From the human T2T-CHM13v2.0 reference genome, Homo sapiens: a stretch of 64,000 nucleotides of DNA. Within the stretch, counting starts at the first letter, position 1. Each line of letters starts with the position of its first letter. Under the pieces are notes generated by a model that was given only the letters and a program-made list of their open reading frames with translations, did no database searches and was not told the origin of the DNA. Made by a program: the position numbers and the translations under genes. Shown one piece after another: positions 55,481-64,000 of the stretch. Location: the NCBI RefSeq assembly GCF_009914755.1, contig NC_060947.1; one strand, written 5' to 3'.

Positions 55481-57538
55481 CAAGTTCTTCCCTCTGCCTA
55501 GAATGCATCATCTGGTACATGGCAGGTGCTTCATGAATGCTTTTGATGGGAAATGAACAGGGTTATAAAAACCTCACAATTTTTTAAGGGGTCTTAGGAG
55601 TCTTGGCCCTGCCATACTTTTCTCTCTTGCAGGAAAAAGATGAAACTAATGGACTGTGACCACTGCTTTTCAGCAAAGTACACCTAGGTCACTGTGCTTC
55701 TTCCACAATACAGGCTGCATGTCGTGTCTGAAAATCATTTTGCTTAAAGCTGCTTTGTTGGGAAATATTACTTGCTTGGCTTTTCTAGCTTGACTTTGAG
55801 TTATTTGAGATAAATAAGTAAGAGAGAAAGTTGACCCTTTCTCTATCATAGTCTAAAAAATAAAGGTTGCTGTTGGAAATCAACACGGACCCACAATTTC
55901 TTGTTGAATGTGGAATTATAATTATCCCTCATGATGAAATGTAATATAGACAGTTTGCCATATGGAATAGATGAAATAGGTGAGAGGCCAGAGCTGTCAG
56001 TTTGAGAGCTGTCATTCATATAGTGATGAATAACTGAAGCCATGAGGGTAAAGAACAAGGGCAAAGCCTTGGGAATGGTCTGAAGAGGCAGATCAAATGC
56101 ATGAAATTGAAATAAGACATTCAGGAAAGGTTATATTATTCTTACTTTCAAGGCAGAAGCTCTGGAGATAAAGCATGACAGGTGGTCCTTTGACGAAGCA
56201 AAGTGAACCTCTTGGGTGGTCACTGATACTTTACCAAAGTGATTAGGACATGGCTGACAAGAGATTGGATGTAAAGAAAATGATAGAAATGCTTGTAGAG
56301 TTTATTTTAGCTGTTAAAAAAAAAAAAAAAAGCAAAACCAGACAGGAAACTTAAGGAATATGAGCTACCTCATTGTGGAAGCAAAGACTCAGAAGAAGTA
56401 GAGAACAAGAAAGTAGGAGGTTGAGTAAAATATCAGGTAGCCAAGTTAGTCAACAAAAGTGGAAGATTTCCACTTAAAATTTACAAAAAAAAAATGCTAA
56501 AAGTTAGAATTTTGGAAAACGACTGAACTTGAAGATTGTACATATTAGCCAGGCAGTTACTCTAAACTCATACTCTTATATAATTATTAAAAGGAGCTCC
56601 TTTACTAATTAAATCTCTAACCTGATTTTCTTTTTTCCAAATCCTGCCATCTTTTTTTGCTTTTCTATCATTTCCACAAAAACCACTCCTCTCCTCTCTT
56701 TCATAATCTCTGAGTTTATCAACATTTTTTTTTGGTTACGTCAGACTCTAGTTTTCCTATATTCCACGGTCCATTTGAAAGCACTAACTTATTACATGTA
56801 ACTAGTGCCAATGGAAAATTCCAGCTAGCAATAAACGCATCTATGTTAGTCACTGTAGGCAGAACTAATGTTGGCTCCAATGATAAGAATGCTCCTATGG
56901 TTTTCTCTTGGCTGGCAAGCAGTTGCTATATTGCTCCTGAAAATTAGAAAGAGTTGTGCTGTGAAGCAGTAGAAATTACATACACTGACTAATACGTTAG
57001 CTGCAAATTTCTATATGGATTCTTTCAATCTGAATACAGTTTGGGTAATAGCTTTGTCCTTAGGTATTTTTGTACACACAGATAAAGTATGTTAAATTTT
57101 CTTGAGACAGGCATTAGCAAGAGGTTCAGAACAGAATTAGCATAGTTGTGTTCCAAAACAAAAGATAGCTGATATAAACTTGCCATGCTGCCAGTTCCAA
57201 TGGTATTACTGACCTTTTAATCTCGTTGTTTTTTTTTAAATCTTTTTATTTTTTCTCTGCTAAATCTCTGCCTCTTGCTGTTTAATAAGCTAACCGTTAT
57301 TTGGAACCTAATGAAAGGATTTTTTTCCCTCAGTCTAAACCTTCCTAAATAGCCTCTTCATTATTCTATTTACTTTGAACATTAAAAAAACCAAAGCTGA
57401 AATAGCTAATATGAGATGTTCATGAAAATCTCCATTCAGGGCGTCATCATCCTAATTGGTTTATAACCTGCTGTGCTGAATAGTTCTTCCACTCATCCTC
57501 ATTTTGTTTTGTTTTTTAACTTAAAAATGAAAAGTTCT

Positions 57539-57798
57539 ACCAAATATCACATGTTCTCACTTACTTATAAGTGGGAGCTAAGCACTGAGCACACATGGAC
57601 ATAAATACGGGAACAATAGACCCTGGGGACTACTAGAGGGAGGAGGGAGGGGAGTGGGTTAAAAAAACGACCTATCAGTTACTATGCTCACTAACATGGC
57701 GATGGGATCCGTACTCCAAACCTCAGCATCATGCAATACTCCCACGTGACAAATCTGCACATGCACCTTCTGTATCTAAAAGTTGAAATTAAAAAAAA
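57539..57798 (+). mobile_element. L1PA16/17- or L1PB-like 3' end
   Basis: atgttctcactt...gtgggagctaa...ccaaacctcagcatcatgcaata...ctgtatctaaaa; imperfect TSD GAAAA(G/C)TTCT. Confidence 0.82.
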
Positions 57799-59157
57799 GA
57801 AAACTTCTGTGTTGTGAAAAGGAACCAACAATGAGAGAAGGATATAGGATTTTAAAACATAGCTTCAACAATGACCCCAGAAACCTCAGAGGCCTTTATC
57901 TAACTGTCTGACTGGAGAAAATTATCTACAAGGTACCACGTGTTTGCAAGCTTTCAGTTCACCTTTTAATAGCCACAATGGAACTATGAATTAAGGACAC
58001 TAAGCCCGAATCTCCCTTTAATTCTATGTGGAAGGAAAAGTAAAGAAATAAACAATGATTGAAAAAAAAGACTTACATAAAAGTAGATGGTAAAAATAAA
58101 ATAAAGGTCAAGAAGGTAATAAATAAATCATATTTCCTGAATGTTGTTCTAAATTGTGTTCAAATTTATATGTTCCAGACAGTAGAAACAAAAAGCAAAT
58201 CCTTAATGATTTATAAATATGTAAAAGCATTCCATCATTTGTGTTATTACTAAAAATAGATGTTTATATTTCAGCTATCCTGAAAAAATTAGAATAATAT
58301 TAAGTAGGTATATTTGCACATTGCCTTTGAAACACCAGAGCTCTATTTTAAAAATGTACTTAATTTTTTTCTACCCTAAACTTACTGAATCAGAGTCTTT
58401 TGGCTCTTGAACTATTGCATGCATTCTCAACAGATAATGACACCCCAAGGGAGTGAAAATTTGTTCTTGAGAGATAAAAATTCTTAGCTATTTCTGAGTC
58501 ACAATGGTTTATTACCCTCTGAAAGCCACAATATACGGGCAGATCTAAAGCATGTCTGTGGTATTAAAACACGGATGGATATAAAAGGAAAAAAATCAAG
58601 TTCACCTCAATTTCATGAGTGATAACTGCAAACCACTTTGATGTATTTCCTTCCAGTTATAATTTCTTTTGCTGGTTTTCTCTGTTTTTTACAAAATTAG
58701 GATCCTATGGCATAAATAATTCCATATCCTACTTTTTTTCCTGAGCATTAATGTTGTAATAATTCCCTATATCATTAAATACTATTTGAAACTACTTCCA
58801 TTAAACATTTTAATATTCAGTGGTAAGTATAAATCAATCTATAATAAACTTTCTCCAAAAATTAATGTTTTAATAGTATTAGTATTATAAAATGCATTTT
58901 AGATTATTAATCACTTTCCAGTGATAAATAACCAAATTACAATCTTAAATGATAGACACTAAAGTGTTTAGTGACCAAATTTCTTACTCAGTTTCCATCC
59001 CTGTTCAAACAATGCCATTTTATCTTCTGCTTTCTCTCTCTGCTTTCTTTCTTGCTCTTGCTCTCTTTCTTTTGAGAAGACTTTTGAAATCAAACTTTCT
59101 AGAATGTCTGCATATGAGCTAGATTCCTACTTTTGCAGTTCTAAAGAGAGTAAAATC

Positions 59158-59462
59158 GGCTGGGCGTGGTGGCTCACACCTGTAATCCCAGCTCTTTGGG
59201 GGAACAAGGCAGACAGATCACTTGAATTCAGGAGTTCAGGACCAGCCTGACCAACATGGTGAAGTCCCATCTCTACTAAAAATACAAAAATTAGCTGGGC
59301 ATGGTGGTACATGTCTGTAGTCTCAGCTACTCAGGAGGCTGAGGCAGGAGAATCACTCGAAACAGGAGGTGGAGGTTGCAGTGAGCCGAGATTGAGCCAC
59401 TACACTCTAGCCTGGGTGACAGAGTGAGACTCTGACTCAATCAATCAATCAATCAATCAATC
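59158..59462 (+). mobile_element. AluS-type SINE with (TCAA)6 tail
   Basis: Full dimer; tail 59437-59460; TSD GAGT(A/C)AAATC. Confidence 0.93.
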
Positions 59463-59723
59463 GAGTCAAATCAAGAAAAGAGTGCAGAGTACAAAGAGTT
59501 TGAGACTAAGCTCTAAGAACTGGGTCTTTAACGAAGCTGTACCTTTTATTTTCACTTAATTTTCAATTGATTCCTTTGTTGCATTGTTTATATGGCAATA
59601 ATGCTTGTTCTTACACATAATTACCATTTTAATTTAATCTAGAAAAAATAATAATAGAATGAGAAAGAAGATAAATAAAAATTTTTTCTTTATCTGGGTC
59701 AGGAATTGGTTGTTATTGTACAG

Positions 59724-59746
59724 CTCTCTCTCTCTCTCTCTCTCTC

Positions 59747-59780
<34 letters not shown>
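59724..59780. repeat. Compound (CT)~12-(TG)15 microsatellite
   Basis: Direct read. Confidence 0.95.
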
Positions 59781-59781
<1 letters not shown>

Positions 59782-61504
59782 TGTGTCAGAGAGAAATATT
59801 TGCGTTTGGGGTCCTTATTTCATTTAAGTTTATTATGCTATTTTCAATTAATAGCAAGTTCTTTACATTTTTAAACTATATTTTAAGAGTGCACATATTT
59901 CTTAAGAGTTCTAAATGGCATATTTCTATTTCTATGTATACATATATGTTTCTATTATATATGTCTACTTCTATGTCTATGCACTTATCTGTATCTATCT
60001 CTATCTCTACTTTGATATCTCTTTAAGTCTCTCTTTTTATGTACAAGTTCCTAGAGGCTCTAAGTCCTAACATTCCAGAAATTTCAAAGAAACTAGAAAG
60101 AAAGATTTTCTTCTGCAATTACAATAGGATAAAAGAGATTGTGGATAGTAATAGCTATCTGCAAAAATAAACTGGCTGAGCCTCAGATAGCCTGGGGAGC
60201 TTGTTATAAATACAGATTCCCAAGGCCTTCTTATATCCCTATTATGTCAGAATTTCTTATGTTGGAAGCAAGATGTCCGGGAATGGCCAGTAATACTAGA
60301 AATCTTTGTGGGAAATGTCGTTTTGAAAGGGTTTTGGGGATGAAGTAACCCAGATGAATCTGGGGGTAACAGGTAGCAATGTCATTAACATAAAGCTACC
60401 AACTATTAACTTATACTAACATATCTGAGTTTTATATTGTTCTGTGACAGATAATAGGAGAGTGAAGGTAAAGCTGTATATCTGTATATGGTGGTGGTTG
60501 GGGGAAAACCTCTTGCAGGGAATCTAAAAGGAAGCCAGGGAGCAAACATGTGCTATTATGTTTTTTGTACCATCTGAGATGAATTGTCTGTTTCTCTGTT
60601 TCTATTAATATTTTTAAGGTCATCTAGAATAGTAAAGATGGGTAGTTTATGTAGCTTTTCTCACTTAAGGAAGCATCCTTTCATAATGCTTTATTACCCT
60701 TCTCCCAATTCTATCACTTTGAACAATAATCTATCATTTGGTCTTCTGGATAGTCCTCACTGGGGAGGACACCCCGAACACATTACCATTATTGATTTTC
60801 CTGCCAGTCTTGTTGTAAAATAATAGTTTGAATTATTATTTCTTCTTTCAAATGGTTTATAAACCAGTGCCTTGTGAGTTTGTGTAGCATGAATCAGTCT
60901 CCCAGAGCCTGATCATCTCTAGGTAAACTACTAAAATTTAGTTGTTGGCTATGCAAAACTGAGGATTGGACATTAAATCTACGACAACTCTGCTATATGA
61001 TATGAACTCTATCAATGACCTCTTTATGCAGTCCTTCCTGAAATGATTTATATCATCATTTTTTAAAAATAATCATTAACCTGAAGAAAGAGTATATTAA
61101 GATATTCCAAATCCATGAGATACATAGCACTTTTTCCTTGATTTTACCCATATTCTAAACATTCAATATTAACAGGCATTAAGAATCAAGAACTCTTTGA
61201 CTATTGATAGGTCATACTCAATATAAAATACTGTTTGATTGGCTCCAGACCAAAAAAAAAAAGGTTTTGTAAAATTGTGCCCTTTTCATGTCTTTATAAA
61301 GTTCCTAGAGTTTATTTCTGTTATTCTCAAAATGTTTCCTCAGGAGAATTTAGTAATATTTAGATCCACTTAAAACAATCACTAGTTAAGTACAAATTAG
61401 CTTCCAAAATCAATCTGAAAACATGCTGAAAACATACATCTGCTAAAAGATGGTTTTCTCTTTTATGTACCCCCTCCCATCTAAAAGTTATTAAGGAAGA
61501 GTCT

Positions 61505-61518
61505 GTTGCTATGGAAAC
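61505..61518. promoter_or_regulatory. Candidate RFX X-box motif GTTGCTATGGAAAC
   Basis: Close match to the palindromic X-box GTTRCCATGGYAAC in apparently non-repeat DNA; function untested. Confidence 0.4.
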
Positions 61519-63434
61519 ACTCGATTTGACACCATCTGTATTCAAAATTCAATTGCTGCAAGCCTTCAGCCAATCTCCGGTTTTTAATTGGCAAGACCTT
61601 CCCAGTATGCTCTACAAATCTTTTTTTTTATTTTTTATTTTTAGGAAGTCAATCTATACAGCATATTGCAATGTAAAGCATCAAGAAAGTTCACAATGCA
61701 AGCCTCATTCCATTATCTTAAAATCAGACTTGTGAAGTTTCAAAGCATTACAGCCTTCTGATAATTACTTGGCATGAGGTTAATGCCTAAAATTTATTGC
61801 CAAGTTTTTTTTTTTGCCTATTGGATTTCACACGTAAAGAAAATACTCATTGTAAGAGTGACTTTAGTATTAGGAAGACCCTGAAAAAGAGCCTTAGTGA
61901 GGAACTTATATCACAATACACAGTTTAGAATGGAAAACAAATATAGAAATCAGAGTTAAGAATGCAATTTTGGAATAGTCAGACTGAAGTTCAATATTAT
62001 TTGGAATACTTGTTAGCTACTTTATGTAACCTTTCTACATCTTCTTTTCCTCATCTGTAAGAGATCTATTATGAGGATTTTAAAGTACGCATTTTGGGGA
62101 CTACACATACTTATACATATATAGTATATACATATACTATAACGGCATTTGAAAATCTGTTAATCCACATGGTCTTGAAGCATATTTCTCCAGAATATCA
62201 AGTATCTGTATATAAGTGTTGCTAAAATTCATAGAAGAGAGGATTACAAAAAACTGGAATTCTCTGAATAATTATTTTTAAATAAGGGAAGGATATGACT
62301 GGATATTAAAGAAATGTAAATATGCTTCTGGCAGGAAAATGCCAAAAAAATGTATGCACAGTTGTGGGTCCAATCACGACATTTTGATGGGATAGAGAAG
62401 TAATTCGCCACAATTGAGCACTGCTGTGGTTTCTTGGGAGGCTCTGTCAACCTACTAAGTTATAGTTATCCTATGGGAACAGACCCCATAGCTAAAGATA
62501 ATTAGAATGTTGCCCTCTGGAGTTCTGCAATGTAGCAAGCTTGCTTTACCATACCACTGTCCTACTGAACAGCCAGCCTCTTTGATAATCCTTAAGAGGT
62601 AACATTCCAACTACACTGCTTATTGCTCCAGGTTACCACACACTTTGAAAAGCTCATGTCTTTGTTAATTTTATTTAATATATTTTTAATTTATTCACTT
62701 AATCTAGTGAATGATGTAATGATTGTAATATTTTCGTTCAGTGATGACTGTAATATTTTGGTTCCACTAAAAAACTGACTACATTACCTTCATGTGTATC
62801 CTGATATGAATCCCTTTATAGTCTTCCTTTCCTTTTTTCTTAAATTCATAAAATGTATAAATTGATGAATAATCAGGACTTATGCTGTGTAAGAATAAAG
62901 ACAACTTTATCTGCCTTTGGTTCTCCCTTTAAATCTGTTCAAGTAGGTTGTTCTGTTCTGTTCTTGGGTGAAAATATGGGTAAGTTTCATGTCTTTTCTG
63001 GTCATCATTAAGGAAACAAAGTCCTGCTCCATATCGAGACATTAAAATTAGAATATCCAGCTCAATATATTAATCAATACTTCAATCTGAACTCACATAT
63101 ATGATTTCTTCCTCAATTAGAAGAGGATGGAAGTGGACAGGTCCTTTACTACCTGGGGTAGTGGGCATGGTGGGCTTCCTCTTTCTGTCTTGCTAGTCTT
63201 CTCTACCATTCACCAGCTGCTATTTCTCACCCTAACAAGGGTTAATGGGAGTGGAAGAAGAAGAAGGGGTGCAGAAAATTCTTACTTCACTCAGTACTGT
63301 CACTGTTAGAGTGTGACTTTGTGCTTTCTAATGTCAAATATCACTTCTGGGGTTTCACGGAGCTGAAATGTATTTCTCCCAGTTTTAAGATCCAGCCTCT
63401 GATCTACTTCTTCTATGATATGTTCCACAATTAC

Positions 63435-63550
63435 TTCAGTAGACAGTCAGTCAACACAAACTCATCTGAACCTACTTTGTGCCAAACACTGATCTAGGTT
63501 CTGGAAAATCTATGATGAAACAAGACACAGTCCCTGCTCTCATGCAGCCA
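63435..63550 (-). mobile_element. L2 3' end
   Basis: cctactttgtgccaaacactgatctaggttctgg...agacacagtccctgctctcatg. Confidence 0.7.
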
Positions 63551-64000
63551 AATATTTTTCTCCTTTGTACTTTCATTTTTCTTTGCTTGTACCTCTAATT
63601 TATGCTTTATATCCAAGTTATTGTTGGTACACATTTGTCTTTCCCTAGATTATCAACTTCTTTAGAAAATGATTAACATTTTACTCACTTTTATAAATCC
63701 CTTTTCCAATGGTCACTAAAGTATTATTAAATGAAGTAATGAACAATGAATAAACGGATGGATGTACAGAGCGATAAATGGATAAATGAACAAAATTATA
63801 CCTTCATACATTGTTCATAAAATATTGTTTATATTACTCCTATGACACATATATCCTATCTAATATTATACTAATTTTACTTTTTCTACCTAATAATAAA
63901 CACTGTAATGAAAGAGGCTGTATCATGGTTTCCTTGGAACACCACATAATTCCTAGCCCCAATACCTTGCACACTGTAAGCACATAATCAACATTTGATG

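Noticed and set aside
58420-58600. Possible hAT-Charlie transposon fragment
   Set aside because: Resemblance too weak to name a family or set boundaries without a Dfam search

Overview
AT-rich human (or very close great-ape) genomic DNA from the dystrophin gene DMD, transcribed on the minus strand. Two coding exons are identifiable by translation and canonical AG/GT ends: exon 53 (29537-29748, 212 nt) and exon 54 (8153-8307, 155 nt). The rest is intron 54 (1-8152, partial), intron 53 (8308-29536, 21,229 nt) and intron 52 (29749-64000, partial). The introns are filled with Alu, L1, L2, MIR, CR1-like, MaLR/ERVL LTR and DNA-transposon remnants. The ORF track shows neither exon; its ORFs are repeat-derived or noise. 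I see no evidence of a wholly new biological system. The best leads concern splicing: (1) two latent 3n+1, stop-free pseudoexons in intron 52 (52 nt and 118 nt) that would act as poison exons in the normal gene but restore the frame in deletions ending at exon 52; (2) an inverted Alu pair around exon 53; (3) a NAGNAG acceptor on exon 54. Several unusual L1 rearrangements are also noted. Repeat subfamily names and old-repeat boundaries are by eye and approximate.
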